A DNA stretch of 64,000 nt from Alphaproteobacteria bacterium. GTDB lineage: Bacteria; Pseudomonadota; Alphaproteobacteria; MPNO01; UBA830. Of this stretch, positions 10,579 through 18,969 are shown piece by piece; position 1 is the first letter of the stretch; each line of letters opens with the position of its first letter. The stretch covers positions 736,001-800,000 of the forward strand of contig OZ219791.1 of NCBI GenBank assembly GCA_964291215.2, in the 5' to 3' direction. Position numbers and translations under genes: made by a program. The notes under the pieces were generated by a model. That model was not told where the DNA came from, did no database searches, and was given only the letters and a program-made list of their open reading frames with translations.

Positions 10579-12330
10579 TCAAAGGTCAAGGGCCTCGACG
10601 GCATTGGCGCCGAACCAACTGTTCACCGTCTGCAGGGCACCAGGGGGCAGTTCTTGAGTGAAGAGGATAGCTAGTCGTTTCTTCGGCCTTGAGCAGGTGA
10701 CGTAGAAGAGGTTACGATTGCGCTCGAAGGCGTCGTGTCTGTCTGGGGGAATGGAGAGGGGATCGGCCGCCAGTTCGAGCATTTGGCCGAAGTTGTATCG
10801 GTTCCAGCCTCTGCCGACGACCACCAGGACATTGTCAAATTCCGCACCCTTGACACCGTGTTTGGTCTCGAACGGGGAGTGCCCCGAGAGATAGCGGCAG
10901 AGTGCAACGATCTCGCGGTATGGCACGGCGCGGAGTTTCTCGAGCTCTTTCAGCGGGCGAGGCATGACCTCTTCAGCGTCCGGATCGAACTCCCGCAATT
11001 CACGCTCGCGCCGCTCCACAGCATCGGGAACGCGGGGGCGGCGCACTGCAAGCAGGTGCTCCAACACATCGCCGACCGTAGCGCGATCTCGCAACTCGAT
11101 CGTTCTGTCCATGGCTTCGGTCCACTTGTGCTTGTCGTCATGAGCACGGATCGCCGGAACGCTGGAGCCGAGCGCTCGAAACATTTCGCCGTATTTCTGT
11201 GAGAGGTAGGCATTACAGGCAGGTTCCAGAGCGTCGGCGAAGTAGGCGATGTGCGGATGCTCCTTCTTGGTGAAGGTATCGTTGAAGGCGAATACCGCGG
11301 GAATGCTGGGATAGCCTTGCCGGCCTGCGAGGACGCTGTGGGTGAGCATCAGGATTTTGGTGGTCTCGGGAGAGAGGTCCCAACCCTCCAAGTCAAGGCG
11401 GTAGAGGACGGTCTGAAGCGCGTTCTCCGCGGTCTCGGCAGGGAGATCGCCGAGCCAATAGCCGCCGCCGCCGGGGCGGCGTTCGCCAGGCCAAGCGTTG
11501 GTGTGAAAGATGCGGACCTCGCCCTCCGCGTCGGGATCGACGACGGACTGGGGTAGTTCGGGCCGCATGCGGTTGAGACAGTCGACGATGGTCGGAACGG
11601 AGCGAAAGTTCGCCTCCTTGCCGATCACGGTGAGGCCCGGATGGTCGATTTTTCCGCAGCCGTTGCCGTAGATCTTCTGCCAGTGGTCACCGAAGAACCC
11701 GAATTGTGGCGAGTTTGCTCGGCCAAGAAAGTGGTGCTTGATGGAGTCAATCCAGCCGTGGTCCGTGTCCTGGTATTCGTCGATCAGGATGATCGGATAC
11801 TTGTCGGCCAGGATGCTCCTGAATTTGGAATTGCCCATGAGCGCGATGGTCAGGATGAGGACATCGTCGTGATGGATGGAGATGCGGGCGTCGTTGATGC
11901 TTCTGTGCCCGAGCTCGTATTCAACTCGGCGTTCCCCGACGCCGCCGACTTCGGCGAGCTTCTCAGGCCAGTGTTCGAGGTCAGGCAGGCGTTCGCGGAG
12001 CTGTCTCTGGAACCCGACGATGAGTGACCAGCAGAAGGCGTGGATGGTGTTGCAATGGATGATCGGGCTGCGGTCGGTGCGGGCCTCGATTTCGTTCTTG
12101 GCAACATTCGTGAAGGTGATGCAGGCGATCCGTTGGTGGCGTTGCGGCAAGGCGTGACGGTAGCGGTCGATAAGGAATTGCAGCGCCCTCACGAGGGTGT
12201 AGGTTTTGCCGGCGCCGGCACCAGCTTCGACGAGGAAGCTCTCCCCGTGTTCGAGGCAGTGATGGACTTGGTCGAGGGCTCTCTGGCTGGCCTCCTCGGC
12301 CGGGTTCATGGGTTGGACGGGTTCAACCAT
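10579..12330 (-). CDS. UvrD-like SF1 helicase (GajB-like)
   Basis: EAGAGAGKT, IDEYQD, GDxxQKIY, NFRS, TKHGVKGAEFD and LFYVTCSR motifs; overlaps the upstream OLD gene. Confidence 0.92.
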   Translation of the reverse strand: MVEPVQPMNPAEEASQRALDQVHHCLEHGESFLVEAGAGAGKTYTLVRALQFLIDRYRHALPQRHQRIACITFTNVAKNEIEARTDRSPIIHCNTIHAFCWSLIVGFQRQLRERLPDLEHWPEKLAEVGGVGERRVEYELGHRSINDARISIHHDDVLILTIALMGNSKFRSILADKYPIILIDEYQDTDHGWIDSIKHHFLGRANSPQFGFFGDHWQKIYGNGCGKIDHPGLTVIGKEANFRSVPTIVDCLNRMRPELPQSVVDPDAEGEVRIFHTNAWPGERRPGGGGYWLGDLPAETAENALQTVLYRLDLEGWDLSPETTKILMLTHSVLAGRQGYPSIPAVFAFNDTFTKKEHPHIAYFADALEPACNAYLSQKYGEMFRALGSSVPAIRAHDDKHKWTEAMDRTIELRDRATVGDVLEHLLAVRRPRVPDAVERRERELREFDPDAEEVMPRPLKELEKLRAVPYREIVALCRYLSGHSPFETKHGVKGAEFDNVLVVVGRGWNRYNFGQMLELAADPLSIPPDRHDAFERNRNLFYVTCSRPKKRLAILFTQELPPGALQTVNSWFGANAVEALDL

Positions 12331-14374
12331 CGTGGGCCACCGCGGCGTCAGGGGCCTCGAGAATGGGGGCAGCTTGGTCGATTACCGCCCCGTCGTCCGC
12401 AATGTCGCCACGCGCGAGCCATCTCAATCCGTTGACGATGTAGCCCGGTGGGGACCAGTCGGTGTTGTCGATCGCGTGTTTGAGCGCGAACTCGGACTTC
12501 TTGATGGTGTTGAGCTGGTGCCACGCACACTGGGCCTGATCGTCCGGCTTGTCACCTTCGATCCCGAACATGGCTGGATTTGCCAGCATGAACGCGTCCT
12601 CAAAAGTGCGGCCGCATGGACCGCCCTCGGCCTCGGGCCGCTGGTAGGCGATGCGCCGGAGGTTCTGGACCTTCGAGGCGTCGTCTTTGGCGAGGAGGGC
12701 TGCGGGTGAACAGTCGCCGCCACCGAACCAGGATTTCAGACAAGCGTCGCTGGTCGCGGTCCTTTGGTGCACCGGGCAGGTCTTGCGATCAGCGGTGACG
12801 GAGTCGAGGTCGGTGATGATGAGGGTCCGCAGTTCCAGAAAGTCGAGAAGAGCGAAGAAGATGTGCGCGTAGGCACCGCCCACTTCCATCGTCGTCACGT
12901 ATTGGCTGGAGAGTTTGGGTTCAGCAGGCTCGGCAGCCTCCAGCTTGTTAATGATTACGGGCAGCAGCAGGCGCTCGCTCGCGCCTTCGATCAGCACGGC
13001 TTTGTCGGCAAAGAAGAGATCGCAGCGCGTCAGGGTCAGATACTGGTGGAGAAATCGCCTGTGCTCTTCGGGCGTATCGTGCAGCCCTTGGCGGAGATCC
13101 TTGGTTCTGGTGTGGCGCACCCCGTCGACAGACGCAGGGATGAAATAGCGGATTGCCTGGAACCCGGCCGCGTTTGCGACGTGGGAAGAATGGGTCGAAA
13201 CGATGAACTGGACCGGCCACGGCAGGGGAGCACCGTCCTGCGTGCTGAGCTGGTGGGCAATCTTTGAGACCTGGCGGATGAACACTTCCTGCATCTGCGG
13301 ATGCAGGTGGGCCTCGGGCTCCTCAATGAAGACGAGGTGGACTCCAGGCGCGGCCGGTTCAGCGCGGAAAGAGCGATAGAAACTGACTAGCTGGAGCAGG
13401 ATGAAGATAAGGTTGCGTATGCCGAGGCCGGTGTACGACTCCGGTAACTGGATGCCGTGATGGCCGGCGTACCTGACCTTGGTGTGGCGTGAGAGCAAGC
13501 GCTCGATGTCGAGTGTCGTTTCGGTTTCGAGCTCGGAGCCATCGAGACCGGGATAGCCGAAGGAGTGCAATGTCGGCATGAGCTTCTGCAGTTCTTCTCT
13601 GAAACCGCCTTGAATCGTGCTTTGGATATCGCGAACGGCATCCTGGAGTGCTTGGGCGATCAGCTGCTCTTGCTCGTCGGCGGTGGGCGACTGCGCGGCG
13701 GTAAAGAGGCCCTCGAGAATCTTGGCGAGGACATCGGTGTCTCTTGAGGTGTCATCGTCGAGGCCACGCTGGGCATTCACGAAACCTGTTTTCAAGAGCG
13801 AGCGGAGCGCGGTTACGGTCATCTGCTTTCGGTTGGCGTCGTCGTTGGGGTCTTCGGCCCATATGCTGGCGGTAAATAGGTCGGGTACGCGCTGGCGGAG
13901 TTCTTGGAAGAAGGCGATGCGATCGCGGTCGGTGAGATTGCCGGCCGGTTGATCGGCGAACAGCGAATCGATGGCGCCATCTCGCAGCTCGTAGCGCGCC
14001 ACGACCATGGTCTCGTTGCAGTCGGGGTCGAGATCGACGATGAAGTCGCTGAGCGCGCCGAGATCAGGTTGGTTGGGGTCGTAGCGGAACAGGAGTCGTA
14101 GCTCGATGCTCGGAATGAGGGTGCGGACCTCATCGTCAGGGCGCCCGGCACTCTTGGCCGTAAGCGCGTCGCAGAAGCGGTCATAGGAGGTGTTGGAGAA
14201 GTCCTCGATCTGGAACCTGGGATTCTGGTCGGCGAGGAACCGGCGAATTGCCTCGGACAGGGATGTCTTGCCGCTGTTGTTGCGCCCAACGATGAGGGTC
14301 GTCGGAGTTTCCAGCACTAGGTCGGCATCTGCTAAGAGGCGAAAGTTCCTGACTGTGACTTTGTGAAGGTGCAT
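12323..14374 (-). CDS. OLD-family ATP-dependent nuclease (ABC ATPase plus TOPRIM; GajA-like)
   Basis: GRNNSGKT, IEEPEAHLHPQMQ, STHSSH; TOPRIM LIEGASE and ITDLD. Confidence 0.92.
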   Translation of the reverse strand: MHLHKVTVRNFRLLADADLVLETPTTLIVGRNNSGKTSLSEAIRRFLADQNPRFQIEDFSNTSYDRFCDALTAKSAGRPDDEVRTLIPSIELRLLFRYDPNQPDLGALSDFIVDLDPDCNETMVVARYELRDGAIDSLFADQPAGNLTDRDRIAFFQELRQRVPDLFTASIWAEDPNDDANRKQMTVTALRSLLKTGFVNAQRGLDDDTSRDTDVLAKILEGLFTAAQSPTADEQEQLIAQALQDAVRDIQSTIQGGFREELQKLMPTLHSFGYPGLDGSELETETTLDIERLLSRHTKVRYAGHHGIQLPESYTGLGIRNLIFILLQLVSFYRSFRAEPAAPGVHLVFIEEPEAHLHPQMQEVFIRQVSKIAHQLSTQDGAPLPWPVQFIVSTHSSHVANAAGFQAIRYFIPASVDGVRHTRTKDLRQGLHDTPEEHRRFLHQYLTLTRCDLFFADKAVLIEGASERLLLPVIINKLEAAEPAEPKLSSQYVTTMEVGGAYAHIFFALLDFLELRTLIITDLDSVTADRKTCPVHQRTATSDACLKSWFGGGDCSPAALLAKDDASKVQNLRRIAYQRPEAEGGPCGRTFEDAFMLANPAMFGIEGDKPDDQAQCAWHQLNTIKKSEFALKHAIDNTDWSPPGYIVNGLRWLARGDIADDGAVIDQAAPILEAPDAAVAHDG

Positions 14375-14489
14375 GTGCGGGCCTGTGTGTCGGGGGATAT
14401 ACGTCGGGTAGGCGAGGTTGAGTTTCCCTGAAGATTCGAGAGTACGGTTCCCAGCAGCGGGAAGCGCCGTGATTCGAAGGAGACCTGGG

Positions 14490-15989
14490 TCAGGTGCATA
14501 GCGCAGATTTCGCGCGGCCGAACCTCATCCGGAGTTGCCGGTAGCGATACCTCATGCGAGTAGCCCAGCTGTCTTGCGGTTCATCGGTGAACGGGTAAGT
14601 GGGCCTTCCGTCTTTGCCGAGTCCTAGTCGTAGGTGCGAGAACTCGCAGCTGGCCACACAGCGGTCCGGGTGCTCAAACGGCTCAGTCTCGGCTTCGACG
14701 AAGCGGTGTTCGAATGACCATCGGCCGGCGGTCGAGGTCCCGTCGTGCCACCAGTCTTCGCCGATCGCGTAGCGCACGAGCATGCGCATCTCCTCAGCCG
14801 CCACCAGGTTGCAGAACGCGATGGTGTTCTGGCCCGGTTCCGGGCCGTCGGGGGCATCGTCGTTGATGTAGCGTCCGTGACGCCGGATGCCCATCCGTTC
14901 ATCTCGAGCATCGCCGCTGGTGTACTGGCCGCGGCACCGCAGGCATTGCATGTCGGGGCCGACCAGGTGGACGCGCCATTTGGCAGAGAGCAGACGGTCT
15001 CGTGATTCCACGAGGACCCCGCCGTCGATCAGGGGTAGGCAGTTTGCGTAGGCAACGTGATTGAGAACTTCGCGCGCCTCGGCATTGTCGACGCAGCACA
15101 TGATGAGGTCCGCGTCGGCTGCGAGGCGGTACGCACGCTCGGTGCGGATCGACAACGGAATCGCGCGAACGATCGGGCGGCGCGCGGTGGCAATTCTGCG
15201 AAGGTGGGCCGCGGCCAGAACCGCCTTGGGCAGTCCGAGGCAGTGCCGGTCAGCGTAGATCAGGCGATCGAGGTTCCTGTCCTCGACGAGGTCGGGGTCG
15301 ATCACGGTGATCTGCTCGAACCCGGTGCGTGCGAGGGATTCGAGGACGATCGAACCGACGCTACCCGCTCCGACGACGCAGACGTGGGTGCGAGCCAGGC
15401 GCGCCTGCGCGTCGATGCCCCAGCTGTCCACGGTGCGCACCAGGCTTGGACGGCGGGCGTAGGGCGGATGGGCGCCCGGAGCCAAGTCCGCGCCCGTGCG
15501 GCGCGGCCCGATCCGTCGAACGTCGCTGCAGTGCGCAGGCGCGATGCGGCCAGGCCCGGATTCCTGCCAGAACCGGGCGCTCCAGACGCCGTCGGAGCCC
15601 ATGGTGAGGCCGAGCAGCGGCAAGTCCGTCTCTCGGACGAAGGGCGCGACGATGTTGCGCTCGGTGTCGTCATCCATGCCGCTCAGGGCCTGCCAGCCGG
15701 GACCAGGATGGCTGTGAAGGACGGCAACGCCTGCCTTCGCCTTGAGCGCGCGATCGAGGACGCGGTTGAGATATCCGCCGTGCACGGTGACGTTGCCGTG
15801 CAGATCCCGGTCGCCGTCTTCCGGCAGAACGATGTCGGCGAGGATCCCCGTATAGCGGTTGAGCCCATCGCCGCGGCGCCAGAGCGCAAGACAAGCCTCC
15901 TCCTGCAGCCCACCGCGGCGCAGCCCGCTCAGGAGGTGATCCGCGAGCTGGCGGTGGAGGGCTTCACGCACTATGACGCGATGATTCAA
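14490..15989 (-). CDS. JAB/MPN peptidase-ThiF/E1 adenylyltransferase fusion
   Basis: N-terminal EEAC...HSHP-x7-SGMD JAMM motif; C-terminal VGAGSVGS, DPDLVEDRNLDR, CVDN and CLRC. Confidence 0.9.
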   Translation of the reverse strand: MNHRVIVREALHRQLADHLLSGLRRGGLQEEACLALWRRGDGLNRYTGILADIVLPEDGDRDLHGNVTVHGGYLNRVLDRALKAKAGVAVLHSHPGPGWQALSGMDDDTERNIVAPFVRETDLPLLGLTMGSDGVWSARFWQESGPGRIAPAHCSDVRRIGPRRTGADLAPGAHPPYARRPSLVRTVDSWGIDAQARLARTHVCVVGAGSVGSIVLESLARTGFEQITVIDPDLVEDRNLDRLIYADRHCLGLPKAVLAAAHLRRIATARRPIVRAIPLSIRTERAYRLAADADLIMCCVDNAEAREVLNHVAYANCLPLIDGGVLVESRDRLLSAKWRVHLVGPDMQCLRCRGQYTSGDARDERMGIRRHGRYINDDAPDGPEPGQNTIAFCNLVAAEEMRMLVRYAIGEDWWHDGTSTAGRWSFEHRFVEAETEPFEHPDRCVASCEFSHLRLGLGKDGRPTYPFTDEPQDSWATRMRYRYRQLRMRFGRAKSALCT

Positions 15990-16411
15990 CGCGCACTCCA
16001 GATTCTGCGGATGTGCTTGTTCAGGTAGGCTTCCATGTTCTTGCCGTTCGGGGTGTCGATCTGATCCCAGAAGTCGCTCGGCGGAGCGCTAATTGCCATC
16101 CAGTCGAGACCGTCATCGCACTGGAAGATCTGGATGGCGCCCGGGGAGTGAGACCCCTTTACCAGCTCCTCTAGGACGGGGTCGGGGGGCGAGAGGTAAA
16201 GCCAATGGGGTGCAACCTCGGGCCACTCGCCCTCGTTCTGGTGCATCGCGAGTGCCAGGGTCACGGTCTCCCCCGCGCGGCTGCCGTCCTCGATCCGGTA
16301 AGGGAAGCGGACGCCGTCCGCGCCGCCTTGCTGCTCGGGCGCCGCGAACGGGCTCGTGTCATAGCGCAGCGCGGCGAGTTCGGCAGCAATGCGCTTGGAA
16401 TTGTTGCTCAT
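15986..16411 (-). CDS. Prokaryotic E2/UBC-like protein (141 aa)
   Basis: ATGA and TTGA overlaps with both neighbours; WPEVAPHW resembles the UBC YPxxPP motif; WMAIS...FWD; position between Ubl and E1. Confidence 0.65.
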   Translation of the reverse strand: MSNNSKRIAAELAALRYDTSPFAAPEQQGGADGVRFPYRIEDGSRAGETVTLALAMHQNEGEWPEVAPHWLYLSPPDPVLEELVKGSHSPGAIQIFQCDDGLDWMAISAPPSDFWDQIDTPNGKNMEAYLNKHIRRIWSAR

Positions 16412-16650
16412 GCGAATGGCGCACCCTTCTCCGGAGCGGCCCGAAATACGTTGTACTTGTCGAGGTCGACCACTTGTCCAGAGACGAAGGTGAGGTCGGA
16501 GTCCGGTACTCTCAGCACGTACCCAGTCTTGTCCGGGTCCTCGCCGATGGCCTTGCCGGCGAAGGTGATCTGCAACAGAACGGCAGCATCGACGGCCTGC
16601 TGTTCGGCGAAGAAGGTCTCGCCGTTCACCTTGAATTCGAACTTGTCCAT
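16408..16650 (-). CDS. Ubiquitin-like (beta-grasp) protein
   Basis: 80 aa with GAGG RBS; FEFKVNG...YVLR...GQVVDL...F pattern of prokaryotic multi-ubiquitin-type domains; heads an E2/E1/JAB operon. Confidence 0.75.
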   Translation of the reverse strand: MDKFEFKVNGETFFAEQQAVDAAVLLQITFAGKAIGEDPDKTGYVLRVPDSDLTFVSGQVVDLDKYNVFRAAPEKGAPFA

Positions 16651-16740
16651 CTCGTTGTCCTCTGAGCTGAGCGTTGTCCGGCACCGTTGCGCGGTCCACG
16701 CTCAGGGCGATAAGGTCCGGCAGTAGGCACCAACTTGGAG

Positions 16741-16774
16741 TTTACATTACCACGCTATATGTATATCTTGTCAA
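16741..16774. promoter_or_regulatory. Overlapping divergent sigma70-like promoters
   Basis: Plus strand TTTACA-N17-TATCTT; minus strand TTGACA followed by TGGTAATGT; AT-rich patch between divergent genes. Confidence 0.55.
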
Positions 16775-16802
16775 CCACGGGTTAACGAGGGAGGAGGAAC
16801 GC

Positions 16803-17882
16803 ATGTTCGGACAACGACTCCGACTCGCCCGGAAACGGGCAGGTCTATCGATGCGGGAGCTCGCGGACGCGATGAGCCTGAAGGTGACCGCTCAGGCGAT
16901 CAGCAAGTACGAGGCGGGCAAGATGCTGCCCTCCTCGGCCGTGCTTGTCGGTCTCGGGAAGGCTCTCGACGTCTCGCTGGACTTTCTGATGAGCGCGCAA
17001 GTCGAGGCGCTCGAGGCGGTCGAGTTCCGCAAGCATTCCCGCGCGTCGGCCCGCGATCGCGCAAGGGCCGAAGCAGAGGTGATGGACAGCCTAGAGCGCT
17101 ACCTAGCGATCGAACACATCCTCGACATCGAGTCCAGCGTCGAATGGGTGGAGGGGCGCCGCTACGACAGCGTCGCGAGCGAATCCCAGATCGACGAGCG
17201 GGCCGACGAACTGCGCAGGGTCTGGGATCTCGGCCTCGACCCGATCCCCAGCTTGTGCGAGTTGCTCGAAGACAAGGGAATCAAGGTGGTGGAAGCCGAT
17301 CTCCCGGAGAGCATCAACGGGCTCTCGTGTCACGTTCTCCGGGGCGGCGAGATCGTCGCCGAGGCCGTCGTCGTGTCCAGCCGGATCAATGTGGAGCGCA
17401 AGCGCTTCACGCTGGCCCACGAGCTCGCGCACAGGATCATCCGCTCCACCGGCAATCCGGCGATCGACCTCGAACGGGCGATGAACCGCTTCGCCGGTGC
17501 GTTTCTGGTTCCCGGCCAGAGTCTTCGGGACGAAGTCGGCGCTGATCGCCACAGGATCACCCATTACGAGATCGTCTGCCTGAAACAAATCTACGGCGTG
17601 TCGGCCGCGGCCCTGCTGATGCGTCTCGGACAGGTGGGCGTACTGTCCCAAGGCTCTGTACAACATGCCTTCGCGACCTTCGCCCGGTCCTGGCGCAAGT
17701 CGGAGCCGGATCCGATCCGCCCCGACCATGGGTTCGCGGCCTTCGAGAAGCCTCGTCGCTTCAAGCGGCTTGTCTCGCGCGCGGTGGGCGAGGAACTGAT
17801 CTCACCCGTCCGTGCGGCCGCGCTTCTCAACCAGTCGCTCGAATCGGTCGAGCGGCAGATCAGCGGTCCTGCCATCCAGTGA
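16803..17882 (+). CDS. XRE HTH-ImmA/IrrE (peptidase M78) fusion regulator
   Basis: GGAGGAGG RBS; RLRLARKRAGLS...AISKYEAGK HTH; RFTLAHELAH HExxH motif. Confidence 0.92.
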   Translation: MFGQRLRLARKRAGLSMRELADAMSLKVTAQAISKYEAGKMLPSSAVLVGLGKALDVSLDFLMSAQVEALEAVEFRKHSRASARDRARAEAEVMDSLERYLAIEHILDIESSVEWVEGRRYDSVASESQIDERADELRRVWDLGLDPIPSLCELLEDKGIKVVEADLPESINGLSCHVLRGGEIVAEAVVVSSRINVERKRFTLAHELAHRIIRSTGNPAIDLERAMNRFAGAFLVPGQSLRDEVGADRHRITHYEIVCLKQIYGVSAAALLMRLGQVGVLSQGSVQHAFATFARSWRKSEPDPIRPDHGFAAFEKPRRFKRLVSRAVGEELISPVRAAALLNQSLESVERQISGPAIQ

Positions 17883-18412
17883 CCTGCGTCATCGTCAACG
17901 ACGCTTCGTGCTTGATCGACCTCCGTAAGGGAGGCCTGCTGGGCGTCGTTTGAGACCTGCCCTATCGGTTGGTGATCCCGTTGCCCGTGCGGGCTTTGGA
18001 AGTGCTCGACCTTTCGGAGGCCGAATGGCAGGCGCTCGACGAGGCCGGCATGATCACGCACGACCTGACTCTGGAGGAGGTCGGTCAGGCGTTCGCGGTG
18101 AAGAGGCGTCATGCGGGACTCTCCGCCAACGACTGCTTCTGTCTGGTCACGGCACGGATCTATCCGGGCATCCTGCTCACGGGCGACGCCCTACTGCGCA
18201 AGGTTGCCGCAGCGAATGGACTGCGGGTGCACGGCGTGCTCTGGGTGGTCGACGAGCTTGAGGCTGCAGCCGTTTGCAGCAGATCGCTTCTGAGTCGGGC
18301 GCTCAAGGCATGGCAGTCGGACGAGTCGGTGTTCCTTCCCCCGCACGAAATCAGCACGCGGCTTGAGTACCTGGCGAAAGCCGGGTCTCGGAGAAGCAGC
18401 GAAAATCGCTGA
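17879..18412 (+). pseudogene. PIN-domain nuclease/toxin with in-frame TGA at codon 25
   Basis: GTG start overlaps the upstream stop; IVNDASCLIDL, LSAND and LLTGDALLR motifs; TGA at 17951-17953 with the frame continuing. Confidence 0.75.
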
Positions 18413-18969
18413 TGGGGACATGGAAGGCCTGTCGTGGTCTGGGGTTTGATTTGATCCGATTACGGCACGATGACAGACGGCTCTGCTGATCCTGTGGATG
18501 GGGCGAAGATTCTAGGAATTCCGCGGGGTTGCGCGTGTCGCCGCTGCATCGGAACGCGATTCTGACGAAACAAGGGCATGTCGTGGCTTTCGGGACAAGA
18601 TCGCGGCCTGCGGTCCGGCGGCAGGTGAGCGGTGTTGGCCGCCGGCCTGCGATCGGGCCGCTAGCATGCGCCGCCGGGACAGTACCAATGAGCGTAGGCC
18701 GTCGCGGCGCCGGCGGCGGCGACGCAGTACACGGTGATCGCGGTAAAGATCCTGCGAATGCGGCGTTGGTTCATGTGCTCCCCCTTTCGGGCTTGCGGAT
18801 GTCGCCATTTCATATGGGTGGCATGGCGAACCGCGGCCAATACCGTTGTTGGTGGCACCCGTAAGTTTCCCATTTCTGGCAACCCAAAATTTCTCACTTT
18901 TGGCTTGTCGCTGAAGGTGCGTCGGGCCGCTCTGTTGGCTTTGCCAACGGAGCGGGGTGGGGTGCGCGG

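Noticed and set aside
14490-16650. CBASS type II (Cap2/Cap3) or a MoeB/ThiF sulfur-carrier operon
   Set aside because: There is no CD-NTase and no thiamine, molybdopterin or cysteine synthesis gene nearby; an E2-like gene is present.
15986-16699. Single 237-aa ORF from the ORF track
   Set aside because: Its N-terminal part overlaps the Ubl gene in another frame; the coupled ATG at 16411 is the better start.
17951-17953. Selenocysteine recoding in the PIN gene
   Set aside because: No convincing SECIS-like hairpin was recognised, and the position is not a redox motif.
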